The position numbers and the translations under genes were made by a program. Positions 10,910-21,951 of a DNA stretch of 64,000 bases are shown one piece after another (position 1 is the stretch's first letter; each line of letters starts with the position of its first letter). The stretch is taken from contig CAWIIB010000009.1 of NCBI GenBank assembly GCA_963836075.1, forward strand, positions 1,952,001 through 2,016,000. The letters are read 5' to 3'. The DNA comes from an uncultured Acidobacteriota bacterium. Its GTDB lineage: Bacteria; Acidobacteriota; JAQAZP01. Under the pieces are notes generated by a model, which searched no databases, was not told the DNA's origin, and saw only the letters and a list, made by a program, of their open reading frames with translations.

Positions 10910-11614
10910 ATGGACAACGGCACCGTCATCCGCACCGCCGGGATCACCCGGCACTACCAGCTGGGCGCCACCACGGTCAAGGCCCTGGACGGCATCGACT
11001 TTTCGGTGGCCACCGGGGAGATGATCGCCATCATGGGCGCCTCGGGCTCGGGCAAGTCGACCCTGATGAACATCCTCGGCTGTCTCGATTCGCCCACCGC
11101 CGGCACCTACGAGCTGGAGGGAACCCGGGTGGACGGGATGAGCCGCGACCAGCTGGCCGACATCCGCAACCGCAAGATCGGCTTCGTCTTCCAGGTCTTC
11201 AACCTGCTGGCCCGCACCTCGGCCCTGGAGAACGTGGAACTGCCGCTGCTCTACGACCGCACCGGCCGCAAGCTCGAAATCGCGGAAGCTGGCCGCCGAG
11301 GCGCTGGAGCGGGTGGGCCTGGCCGACCGGATGGACCACGAGCCGAGCGAGCTCTCCGGCGGCCAGCAGCAGCGGGTGGCCATCGCCCGGGCTCTGGTCT
11401 CCCAGCCGCCGATGATCCTCGCCGACGAACCCACCGGCAACCTGGACAGCAGCACCACCCTGGAGATCCTCGACCTCTTCAAGGAGCTGAACCGCCAGGG
11501 GATCACCGTCCTGCTGGTGACCCACGAGCAGGAGGTGGCGGCGGTGACCCGGCGGGTGATCACGCTGCGCGACGGACTGATCGTCAGCGACGAGCCCACG
11601 GGGAGGGCCTCCTC

Positions 11615-11618
<4 letters not shown>
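10910..11618 (+). CDS. MacB/LolD-type ABC ATP-binding protein (apparent frameshift near 11279)
   Basis: Walker A GASGSGKS in one frame; LSGGQQQR and ILADEPTGNLD in the next frame. Confidence 0.85.
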
Positions 11619-12832
<1,214 letters not shown>

Positions 12833-12848
12833 GGGAGAGCTGGGCAGT

Positions 12849-13003
12849 CCCCGGTTTCCGCAACCTCAACCGCGGTTTACATATACCGTCGGAACAACCC
12901 TGCTGATTGACAGTTCTGCCCACCGGCAGTGATGTTGCTCCTCCTGGTCCTCATGGACCAGGCCCCAACGAGTGTTTACCGTCCCCGGCGGGTGAGCGGC
13001 GGC
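12849..13003 (+). repeat. 155-bp direct repeat, copy 1
   Basis: Matches 14756-14910 with 4 mismatches; contains palindrome CCTGGTCC-tcat-GGACCAGG. Confidence 0.95.
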
Positions 13004-13506
13004 GCCGCTGGGCACAGCTCCTTCGCCAGGTGTTCGAGGTGGATGTTCTGCGCTGTGACAAGTGCGCTGGTGTGATGAAGATCATCTCGTTCATTACGAC
13101 ATCCCAGGACCAGTTGACCCGCCGCATCCTCGATCACCTGGCGGTGAGCACGGTCGTCCCCCGGGCCCACGGGCCGCCCGAGCCGGATGACCATTGGCCC
13201 ACCCCCGACACCGACTGGTGAGGCCGGGCCGGCCACCGCCACACCGACCAACACCCAGCGGTGGGGAACCGAATCGCTTGGCACATCCTGCCGGCTATCC
13301 TTCAATACCGGTGGAAACGGGAGAGGTGTGCCTCGATCCGGACTTGCTGAAGGGTCGTCGTGAGGTGAACGCACGGAATCGGGACGTCCACCTTGACAAA
13401 TTATCTTCCGGGCTCTATGTTTTTTCACATCAGGTTACTGAGCGAAGGGGCCAAGCGGGAACATTGCAGACATTGTTCCCGAAAGGGCCGTTGAAATCCC
13501 TATCCC
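12991..13506 (+). mobile_element. IS91/ISCR-like rolling-circle transposase C-terminal remnant with oriIS-like end
   Basis: RRRWAQLLRQVFEVDVLRCDKCAGVMKIISFI...ILDHL...RAHGPP; downstream CCGTTGAAATCCCTATCC (13488-13505) resembles the ISCR oriIS GCGTTTGAACTTCCTATAC. Confidence 0.75.
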
Positions 13507-13602
13507 CCGTTGCGCCGAGCAGGTGGCCGACTTGCTCACGTGACGAGTCACTGGTCACAGTGGCGGCCTCTGCTGTCCCTGGAATCCCAATGGAGAATTG
13601 CC

Positions 13603-14709
13603 ATGCAGGTCTCCCGAAAATCCAGGTTTCAAGCTTATCTGCTACACCCTAGAAAGGGACTCAACCGGTTCCTTCTTGAGTGTGACATGAGGAGTGCCAG
13701 GGGTATTCCTTGGTCACTTCCCATGAGGCTTGAAATCGTTATCACCGCGCGGTGCAACCTGCGCTGCGAGATGTGCTTCGATTACCGGAAATCCAGTGAA
13801 GATATGCCCACTGGACTCTATCGCGAGGTTGCGAAGGAACTCTTTTCTAAAGCATCTATCGTGTCCCTGATCGGAGGGGAGCCCATGCTCCACCCCGAAT
13901 TCAATGATATCGTTGAGACGGCATCCGACTACGGATGTAATCTGCAAATGACCACCAACGGCACGCTCCTTAATTCGATGCAGGTGCCACTGATACTGCG
14001 TAATTTTGAGAGGATCACCATCTCCTTTGACGGAGGTGATAAAGAAACCTTTGAACGGATCCGCAAAGGGGCCAGGTTCCAGAGCGTGCTAGAGAATGTG
14101 GAGAGACTGATTCGGGGCAGGGATGAAGAGGGCTCAAGGTTAATTGTAGAGCTGGCCTTCTGTGCTTCAAAGGATAACATCCGGCAACTTCCACTAGTGC
14201 TGGATCTCTCCGGGGCCATTGGCGCCGATGTTCTCACAGTGACCATGCTGAAGGTTCACAAGGGGGTTCCTGTGAAGAGGTCACTATTCTTCCATCAGAA
14301 GGAAGCGAACCAGTATTTTCAAATCGCAAGGGAGATGGCCGATGGAATGAAAGTGCACCTAAATCTACCTGGCCTTTTTAACGAAGAGCCTGACGAAAAT
14401 GCTGTGTGCAAGGGATGGAGCGGGTGTACCTACCCGTGGGACAGAGTTAGGATCAAGGTGAACGGCGATGTGGTGGCGTGTTGCAATCTCATGGACCATC
14501 CGATGGGTAACATAAAAAAGAAGAGCTTCAGGGCCATATGGCTCAATGAGCATTACCAGAGGTTCCGAGCAAGTCTCAGAGGGAACCAACCCCTGTATTC
14601 GCAGTGTCTGCACTGTCGCCTGCTGAGCCCTGATATCAACGATCCTTACCTTCACATCGATCAAGACCAGGACTTGAAAGAGGAATTATTTCGTCTCGCG
14701 CAGGAGTGA
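13603..14709 (+). CDS. Radical SAM protein with SPASM/twitch domain
   Basis: CNLRCEMC, GGEP, TTNG, C-terminal CTYPW...GDVVACC...CLHC; visibly lower GC. Confidence 0.9.
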   Translation: MQVSRKSRFQAYLLHPRKGLNRFLLECDMRSARGIPWSLPMRLEIVITARCNLRCEMCFDYRKSSEDMPTGLYREVAKELFSKASIVSLIGGEPMLHPEFNDIVETASDYGCNLQMTTNGTLLNSMQVPLILRNFERITISFDGGDKETFERIRKGARFQSVLENVERLIRGRDEEGSRLIVELAFCASKDNIRQLPLVLDLSGAIGADVLTVTMLKVHKGVPVKRSLFFHQKEANQYFQIAREMADGMKVHLNLPGLFNEEPDENAVCKGWSGCTYPWDRVRIKVNGDVVACCNLMDHPMGNIKKKSFRAIWLNEHYQRFRASLRGNQPLYSQCLHCRLLSPDINDPYLHIDQDQDLKEELFRLAQE

Positions 14710-14755
14710 AACAAAGAAGAAAAGCCCCTCCCCCGCTCTCGGGGAAAGGGTCAAC

Positions 14756-14910
14756 CCCCGGTTTCCGCAACGTCAACCGCGGTTTACACATACCGTCGGA
14801 ACAACCCTGCTGATTGACAGTTCTGCCCACCGGCAGTGATATTGCTCCTCCTGGTCCTCATGGACCAGGCCCCAACGAGTGTATACCGTCCCCGGCGGGT
14901 GAGCGGCGGC
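14756..14910 (+). repeat. 155-bp direct repeat, copy 2
   Basis: Near-identical to 12849-13003. Confidence 0.95.
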
Positions 14911-15089
14911 ATGTTGCAGGGGTGTATTGGTCCATCGAGTCTTGATCGGCGCTGATAGCCGATTTTGCTCTGATTCAACATCCCACCAATCGTTGATTTT
15001 TGTCGGGAAGCGGCCGTGAGCGCGGTTCGACTGATGATTGTCCGTTTCGGATAGACTTTGCGATGACGCAAGATTTCTGACCGCGGAAA

Positions 15090-16883
15090 TCAGCCGGGAA
15101 CCCGGTAGGTGAGATACTCCTTTTCCCGGGCGATCAGCAGGGCCCCCAGTCGTTGCTTCAGCAATTCATGCAGGGCCTCCTCCTCTTCCTGGCGGTAGCA
15201 GGAGCGATCCACATTGATAAGGCGGATGCCATAGTCCTCCAGCAGTTCGGTGAACGCCTGTTGATCCGGTGCCGGCCGCCCGAGACGGTTCGGGGCGCTG
15301 AGATAGACCAGCGCGCGGTTCCGGCTCAGGGCGATCGCCATAGCCTTACCGGCCCGGGAGACGTGCCCGCCCACACGGGGCTGCTGATGTATGGTCTGGA
15401 ACAAGGTCGTTTTGTAGCGTGGGTTGCCGATAGCGAAATACGCCCCTGAGGCCCAAAAGGGGAGTTCCAGCAGACATCCCTCATGAAGGCCATCCTTGTC
15501 CAGTTCGTGGTAGATCGCCGGCGGCTGGTGGAGATCGATCAGCCTGAACGGTGCCCGGGAATACTCGGCAAAGGGGAAGAGGACCACCAGGATGGTGACA
15601 GCGATCCGAGCCCATGGCCGGCGACCTGCGAGGAAGCATTTCTCCAGAGCGCTCCAGGACAAGGCGGCGAGAATGGCCACTGCCAGGGTCAGGGGGATCA
15701 CGTAACGGCTAGGAAACCGGATCGAACTGAAACCGGGGAGGTCGAACAGGGTCAGGTGCAGCGAGGGGATGTGGTGGCCAAAGGATTCGGGGCGGGGCCC
15801 CAGCATAAGCCAGAGAAGGGGGATGGCGGCCCCGGCCCAGATCAGTGCCGGCCAACGCGCGCGCCGGTTGGCCAGCGTGAACCCGAGGCCGGTGACCAGG
15901 ATCAGGGTCACCCCGTAACCGAGGAGCGGGCCCCTTCGTGGCATGGTCTGTTCAAGAGCCCGGGCCGCCAGGCCGGCAAGCCCTGAATCAGGCCACTGAT
16001 TCCAGGAGCGCCGGCCGGTGGTGTGGTCGAAGAGTATGTGCTCCAGCGATGTTGCGCGGAGTGCCACCTGGTCCAGGCTACCGGTGATGCGATTCTCATC
16101 CGAACTCTCCGCCATCTCCACCAGCATCGGTGCAGCCAGAACACCGGCCGTCAAGATGGCGATCACCGTTCCGGTGAGGAGTGCCTTGACCTCTGTTCGC
16201 CGCGGTCGGTGAACCACCAGCCCATGGATCACCAGCGGGACCAGGAGCAGCAGGGAGAAGAGCACCTGCTGCAGGCTGGTATAGAAGATCAGTGCCGCCG
16301 CCAGGCCGATCCCCAGCCCGGTTCGGCGGCGGCCGTTCTTCAGCAAGAGCAGAACCAGCAGCAGAAGGAGCGGGATCCACTGCCGGCAGACCAGGTTCAT
16401 CTGGCACTGGAAGACATAGCGCCAGTTGGGATGGGCAAAGGAGAAGACGATGCCGGCCAGCAGGCTGGCGGATCGTGAGCCGCCCAGTTCCCTGACCAGC
16501 AGGAAAGTGAACCAGCCGCCGAGCACAAAAGAGAGGAGGAAGAGCAGGTTGTGGGCGAGGAGGATGTTCCATGGCGACCCGAGAAGGATACCGATCAGGC
16601 CATTGGTCAGGGTCAGGGTGTGAAAGGCGAGGCTGGTCCCCTGGGGATAGAAGAGGAAATTGGTATGGAAGAGCGGCTGGTCGGGTATGGCCAGCGTGTA
16701 CCGGACCCACCAGAGGTTCCAGAAAAAGATGTACTTGTCGCCCTGCCCGGGCATGCTCTTGTGGGACAGGTGAAAGATCAGCGGGTGGAGGGCCGCCGAG
16801 GCGAGCAGGGAATAGACCACCGGTGGCATCAGGATGTCCACAAGCCTGAACCACCTGCGTCTTGGTGTCTTGCCGCTGTTCAT
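15090..16883 (-). CDS. Polytopic membrane protein, GT-C/YfhO-like glycosyltransferase
   Basis: GD...WNLWW, FYPQG-SL and RFPSRY motifs; many hydrophobic segments. Confidence 0.65.
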   Translation of the reverse strand: MNSGKTPRRRWFRLVDILMPPVVYSLLASAALHPLIFHLSHKSMPGQGDKYIFFWNLWWVRYTLAIPDQPLFHTNFLFYPQGTSLAFHTLTLTNGLIGILLGSPWNILLAHNLLFLLSFVLGGWFTFLLVRELGGSRSASLLAGIVFSFAHPNWRYVFQCQMNLVCRQWIPLLLLLVLLLLKNGRRRTGLGIGLAAALIFYTSLQQVLFSLLLLVPLVIHGLVVHRPRRTEVKALLTGTVIAILTAGVLAAPMLVEMAESSDENRITGSLDQVALRATSLEHILFDHTTGRRSWNQWPDSGLAGLAARALEQTMPRRGPLLGYGVTLILVTGLGFTLANRRARWPALIWAGAAIPLLWLMLGPRPESFGHHIPSLHLTLFDLPGFSSIRFPSRYVIPLTLAVAILAALSWSALEKCFLAGRRPWARIAVTILVVLFPFAEYSRAPFRLIDLHQPPAIYHELDKDGLHEGCLLELPFWASGAYFAIGNPRYKTTLFQTIHQQPRVGGHVSRAGKAMAIALSRNRALVYLSAPNRLGRPAPDQQAFTELLEDYGIRLINVDRSCYRQEEEEALHELLKQRLGALLIAREKEYLTYRVPG

Positions 16884-16892
16884 GGTGTCGAT

Positions 16893-17783
16893 TCACGAAG
16901 CAAGAGTGATTGCCGGTCCAGTGGCCGGCCATCGATCCGCCCCAGCAGCACCCGGTGGGTGACCCGCAACCGGCTCGGATTCGGTCGGCACGTTGACTGA
17001 AGGGGGTAGAAGCCCGGGGGCCTGCTCGATGATCACGTTTGCCACCGAAACGGGACCTCCAGCCACCGGCTCTTCCGTGGCTGCCGCCAGTTTGTCGTCA
17101 AGCACGAGACTCGATTTGCCAGAGGACTGGACCTGGATCACCTATCGCCCCTCTTCGGCGATGTATAGGAATCCGCGCCACTCCGCCCGACTGCATCGGT
17201 CAACACCGCCGGCCAGCATCGGGGTGAGTCGTATGCCGCTCACCCGAAACGCTTCCCCGGCCAGTCGGCTCGCCCCGGCGATCAACCGGCCGGTGCGGGG
17301 GAGCGGCGGGTCAACGGCCAGCCCCTGTTCTCTGGCAAAGACACGCGCCGCCTGATGGTCCTGGCCCCAGTCGAGGTTCGAGTCGGCCATCACCAGGTGG
17401 GCCGAGGATGGCCGGACCAACTCGTTGGAGTAGGCGATGTAATCGGGAAAATAGAGCAGGGTCGAGAGAACGGTGGCCCCCAGGCAGGTCAGGGCAGTGG
17501 TGCTGACCCGCTTCCCCCTCCTCTTCCCGGTTTCCCGGAGCAGCGAGCCGGCCCAGACAAAGGCGAAGGGAAGCACCGGCAACACGTAGCGGATGCCCAG
17601 CTGCACGTTGGAAACGAGACTGAAGACCACCAGCCAGGCCAGTGGCGGCAGAGCAAGATAGGGACCGGCACCACCAAACCTGCCGGGGGTGTCGTTGAAT
17701 CGCACCTGCCGCTTGCCGACAAACCCGCTGACCATGGTGAGCAGGATGAGGAGTGCTGCCAGCTGGGAACGAACCGAGTTCAA
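16893..17783 (-). pseudogene. 5'-truncated ArnT/PMT-like glycosyltransferase fragment with in-frame TAG in a PA14-like tail
   Basis: QLGIRYVLP and DSNLDWGQD motifs; EWRGFLYIAEEGR-TAG-VIQVQSSG; N-terminus lost next to the permease copy at 17867. Confidence 0.65.
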
Positions 17784-17866
17784 GAGGTGCCACCATTGCA
17801 GAAGCAGTGAGTTCCTCCGGGTCTGTAGTCAGATGGATTGTACACGAAAACGGATGGCCGGGCATT

Positions 17867-18007
17867 ACCGGTTGGGCCACCGCCATTTCGCCGGCCACGG
17901 TGATCGTGGCCCTGGTCTTTTCCGCCGCGGTGGGCATCTTCTTCGGCTACTACCCGGCACGGAAGGCCGCCGCCCTCGATCCCATCGAGGCGCTGAGATA
18001 CGAGTAG
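17867..18007 (+). pseudogene. Duplicated 3' end of the MacB-like permease (copy 2)
   Basis: Aligns to 12692-12832 through the stop codon and the following GGGAG. Confidence 0.9.
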
Positions 18008-18116
18008 GGGAGTGGGGCCCGCTCCTCTTTTTGCATTGGATGGGTTTTCAGGAGCGACGACCGACAATTTGTTGAGTATCCAGCGGTTTCAATGTCGGGC
18101 GTGCGGAAACAGGTGA

Positions 18117-19301
18117 TTATTCAGGAGCCGTAGAGGTCAATGTCTCCCAGATATCGTCGACAGTGAGAGGATTGAAGATGCGGACGTCTCCGAGTTCGAA
18201 TCGCCGCTCGCCATTGTAGAGGACGGCACCTGGGGTGACTCGTTTGGTTCCCAACGCTTTGAACCGTTCCAGCCCCTTGATGAAATCATTGGAAAAAGTG
18301 CTGCCGGACTTGATCTCGATTGGTGTGAGCAATCCCTTTTCCCTGATGAGCAGATCGACCTCGTTGCCGTGCGAGTCGCGGAAGAAATAGACCTCCGGCC
18401 GGATTCCCTTGTTGTGAGCCCCCTTCATGATATCCGCAATGATGAAGTTCTCGTACAGATTGCCACGCAAGGGATCGCGGAACGCCTGCTCGGCCGTGTG
18501 GATGCCCAGCAGGAAGGCTGCGAGTCCCACGTCCGTGAAGAATATTTTGGCGGACCTGATCACACGCTTTTGAATATTCTCGAAAAATGGGGGAAGCTCG
18601 AAAACGACAAACGACGCTTTCAGTACAGAGAGCCAGTTTCTGATCGTTGTGCCGGAAGCGCCCACGTCGTTTCCGAGCGAAGCGAGGTTGACGATCTGAC
18701 CCACCCGTCCAGCCAACAGGGTGAGAAACTTCTGAAACTGCGACAAGTCCCGCAACTGGATTAATGCACGCACATCGCGCTCGACATAGGTTTGCAGGTA
18801 ACCGTTGTAAAACCTGCGTGGCTCGAGCCCCTCATCGTGAAGCCGCGGGTAACATCCACGATAGATCATGTCGAAGGGGTCTCTCACAGACCCGTAGTGG
18901 CGAACCTCATGAAGGGAGAAAGGCCACAATGTCAGCATGGCGGTTCTGCCCGCCAACGACTGGCTGATCGCTTCATGGAGTTGCGGTTGATGGCTGCCAG
19001 TCAGGATAAATCGCCCACGTTGTGTACCCTGATCGACCATTCCCTGGATGTATGAAAGAAGAACCGGCAGGCGTTGTATTTCATCCAGGATTCCGCCGTC
19101 TTCTATCTGACCAAGAAATCTTCGAGGATCGGCTTCGGCCGCAATCCGGACATCCGGGTCTTCCAGCGAAAAGTAAGGTTTGTCATGAAAGGCCATTCGG
19201 GCCAGTGTGGTCTTACCCGATTGGCGAGGGCCCAGGATGGTCACCACCGGATACTCTGCGGCAGACTGGATCAGTTCGTCTGTGATATCTCGAGTAATCA
19301 T
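18117..19301 (-). CDS. AAA+ ATPase (AAA_14 + DUF4143)
   Basis: GPRQSGKT, LDEIQR, LTGS, SLAGR and EVD...PIEIK motifs. Confidence 0.9.
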   Translation of the reverse strand: MITRDITDELIQSAAEYPVVTILGPRQSGKTTLARMAFHDKPYFSLEDPDVRIAAEADPRRFLGQIEDGGILDEIQRLPVLLSYIQGMVDQGTQRGRFILTGSHQPQLHEAISQSLAGRTAMLTLWPFSLHEVRHYGSVRDPFDMIYRGCYPRLHDEGLEPRRFYNGYLQTYVERDVRALIQLRDLSQFQKFLTLLAGRVGQIVNLASLGNDVGASGTTIRNWLSVLKASFVVFELPPFFENIQKRVIRSAKIFFTDVGLAAFLLGIHTAEQAFRDPLRGNLYENFIIADIMKGAHNKGIRPEVYFFRDSHGNEVDLLIREKGLLTPIEIKSGSTFSNDFIKGLERFKALGTKRVTPGAVLYNGERRFELGDVRIFNPLTVDDIWETLTSTAPE

Positions 19302-19428
19302 ATTGCTCTGAATATAGTGCATGATTGTGTAAATAGCAAGTTGAAGATCATATTTGCACAATCATGCATCCTGAAACATTCAAGCTATTGATATTGTATA
19401 GCTTAGCCCTGAAGGAGGTGCGCCCCCT

Positions 19429-19775
19429 ACGAGCTGGCCGCCTGGGAGGAGGGCGACTTCACCGTGCGCAACCAGACCGAGCGCACCAGGGAGATCGGCA
19501 TCCGCATGGCCATCGGCGCCCGGGGCCGCGACGTGCTGACCCAGTTTCTGGTGGAGAGCATCGTGATGAGCATCCTCGGCGGGGCCATCGGCATCGGCGT
19601 CGGTTTTGCCGGGTCGTCGCTGATCGGCCGCTTCACCGGCTGGGCCACCACCATCTCGCCGGCCACCGTCATCGTGGCCCTGGTCTTCTCCGCCGCGGTG
19701 GGCATCTTCTTCGGCTACTACCCGGCGCGCAAGGCCGCCGCCCTTGATCCCATCGAGGCGCTGAGATACGAGTAG
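19429..19775 (+). pseudogene. Duplicated 3' end of the MacB-like permease (copy 3) with a 123-bp internal deletion
   Basis: Aligns to 12363-12832; the deletion lies between two ACCGAGC microhomologies. Confidence 0.9.
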
Positions 19776-19836
19776 TTGAGCTGGGATCACCCGGGAGCAC
19801 ACAGAGGGAGCAAGGAATTCCGCGAAGTGCAGCACT

Positions 19837-21669
19837 TCAGAATTTCCACTGTTTGATAATCTCGCCGTTCGCGTTGCGGAGCCGGATCCATTCGACTTCC
19901 AGCTCGCCCGGACCCCGGCAGGGGTCGAAGCGGATCGAATTGGGCACGGTCTGCGGGTTCAGCGTCACACGGTACTCGTGCCACTTCTGGCCGGGCATCA
20001 GGTCGAACACGGCGGACCGGCCCTGGTGGTAGCCATACCGCCTGGTGCCCCAGAAGACCTGGGCCTTGCCGCCGACAGTCGACCGCATGCGGACCTCGAA
20101 CTCGACTGAACCTGCCACGCTGGGAATATCGGACGTCTGCAGAATGGGGTCCGGGCCGGTGGAGTTGATCAGCAGCCGGCCCTGCGCCTGTGAGATGTTT
20201 GCGTCCTTCATTGGCTGCCAGCCGAGGATGGCCTGCTGATAGGCCGGATTCGGAACCGGCACCAGCGGCTTGGTCTCGGCGATGTGCCGTTCGATCAGTG
20301 CAAGGAGCTCCGCGGTCAACTCCGGCTTTTCGGCCGCCAGGTTTCGCGTCTCGCCGATGTCGTCCGCAAGATTGTACAACTCGAGCCGGTCGGTCTGGTC
20401 ATCGTTGTCGGCGTAGAACCGGATCAGCTTCCACCCTCCGCGGCGCACCGAGGTGCTCGGCCGGTTGCCGGTGGTGTTGACGTAGTGCGGGAGGTGGCAG
20501 AAGACGGCTTCCCTTCCGATCGATTTTTCTCCACTCAGCACGGGCAGGATGCTCACGCCGTCGAGCACCTGGTCCGCCTGGGGCTTCAGACCGAGCACGT
20601 CGAGGATCGTCGGGTAGTAGTCGATGCTGGTAACCACGGCGTCCGTCTTCGAGCCCGATTCGACGTGGCCCGGCCAGACCACGGCGGTGGGCACGCGGAC
20701 GCCCCCTTCATAGATCGAGCCCTTGCCGCTGCGCAACGGGTGGTTGTTCGTCGGTGTGGTGCCGTCAACCTCGTTGTGCACGTTTCCGCCGTTGTCGGAG
20801 GTGAATACGATCAGCGTGTTCTCGGCAATGTTTAGCTCGTCAAGCGTATCGAGCACCCGGCCGATGCTTGTGTCCAGAACCTCGATCATCGCCCCCATCG
20901 TCGGGCAGCGCTGCGTATCGTTCGGATCGAGCCGCTTGCGGTATTTTTTGACCAGGTCCTGTTTGGACTCGAACGGACTGTGGACGTCGTAGAACCACAG
21001 ACAGATCAAGAACGGCCTTTGGCGGTTCGCGCGAATGAACTTGATGGCCTCGGTGGTGCTGACGTCGGAAATGTGCGAGCCCGGCGGGCTCTCCGGAATG
21101 GTGTCCAGCGGCCACGGGGCGAAATACCCCTCGGGCGGGCCCTCGTAATAGTTGCCGCCCACCACTCTATCGAAACCCTGGTTTTCCGGCAGGTACGGGT
21201 CGCGGCCCAGATGCCACTTGCCCACGAACGCGGTGGCGTAGCCGATGCCCCGAAGTGCCTCGGCCAGGGTGAAGCAGCTGTTCGGCAACCGCGTCCGCGA
21301 GCCGGGCGTTACGGCTTTCTGGGTCGGCGAGGCGCGCTCGGCCAGGCGCGGGTTGAGCACTTCCCGGGCAATGTGGCCCGCCGGGCTGGTCAACCTCAGA
21401 CGCCCGGGGTACTGACCGGTGAGGATGCTGGCCCGGGTCGGCGAACAGAGCGGGCTGGCCGCATAGGCGTCGGTGAACATCATCCCCCGGCGGACCAGGC
21501 GGTCGATGTTCGGCGTCTCGTAAAACCGGCTGCCGTAGATGGCCACGTCGCGCCAGCCAAGGTCGTCGGCCAGCAGGAACACGATGTTGGGCCTCTCTGC
21601 GGCGGGGGCGGCAGCGATCGTGGTGAGGCTCACAGCGCATACGGCTATGGCGAGCAGTCTGTTCTTCAT
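19837..21669 (-). CDS. Secreted Cys-type sulfatase with extra C-terminal beta-rich domain
   Basis: LADDLG, CSPTR, GKWHLG and SDNGG motifs; signal peptide. Confidence 0.92.
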   Translation of the reverse strand: MKNRLLAIAVCAVSLTTIAAAPAAERPNIVFLLADDLGWRDVAIYGSRFYETPNIDRLVRRGMMFTDAYAASPLCSPTRASILTGQYPGRLRLTSPAGHIAREVLNPRLAERASPTQKAVTPGSRTRLPNSCFTLAEALRGIGYATAFVGKWHLGRDPYLPENQGFDRVVGGNYYEGPPEGYFAPWPLDTIPESPPGSHISDVSTTEAIKFIRANRQRPFLICLWFYDVHSPFESKQDLVKKYRKRLDPNDTQRCPTMGAMIEVLDTSIGRVLDTLDELNIAENTLIVFTSDNGGNVHNEVDGTTPTNNHPLRSGKGSIYEGGVRVPTAVVWPGHVESGSKTDAVVTSIDYYPTILDVLGLKPQADQVLDGVSILPVLSGEKSIGREAVFCHLPHYVNTTGNRPSTSVRRGGWKLIRFYADNDDQTDRLELYNLADDIGETRNLAAEKPELTAELLALIERHIAETKPLVPVPNPAYQQAILGWQPMKDANISQAQGRLLINSTGPDPILQTSDIPSVAGSVEFEVRMRSTVGGKAQVFWGTRRYGYHQGRSAVFDLMPGQKWHEYRVTLNPQTVPNSIRFDPCRGPGELEVEWIRLRNANGEIIKQWKF

Positions 21670-21951
21670 GGGAGTGTTTGCCTCTACGTGGTCGTTGCCG
21701 GACCCACACGATTCAGTGGATACAGCATATCTGCTCTCCGAAACGATTGCATGCGCGATACAATCATGCCGGTTGGGCTGGCCGCTGCATCCATTTTACC
21801 GTCATAACCGGGTCATTGACACTCCTCGCGTGTCCGGGTAGGTTGTGGTCATCGCGTTCCGGAGTCGTTTCGGCTCAACATATACCAGTCCAGGATCGGC
21901 CCTGCCGTACAGCGTTATCGAGCGGAGTGCCATACATCAAGGAGGAGGATC

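Noticed and set aside
12849-14910. Direct repeats as integron attC sites
   Set aside because: No clear RYYYAAC/GTTRRRY ends, no whole-element palindrome and no integrase.
17142-17144. In-frame TAG as possible pyrrolysine or readthrough
   Set aside because: It sits at the usual Tyr of a PA14-like motif (TAC/TAT to TAG) in a gene that is already truncated, so simple decay explains it.
18117-19301. DUF4143 ATPase as a defence system
   Set aside because: It is a common standalone mobile gene, and no partner genes support that role here.
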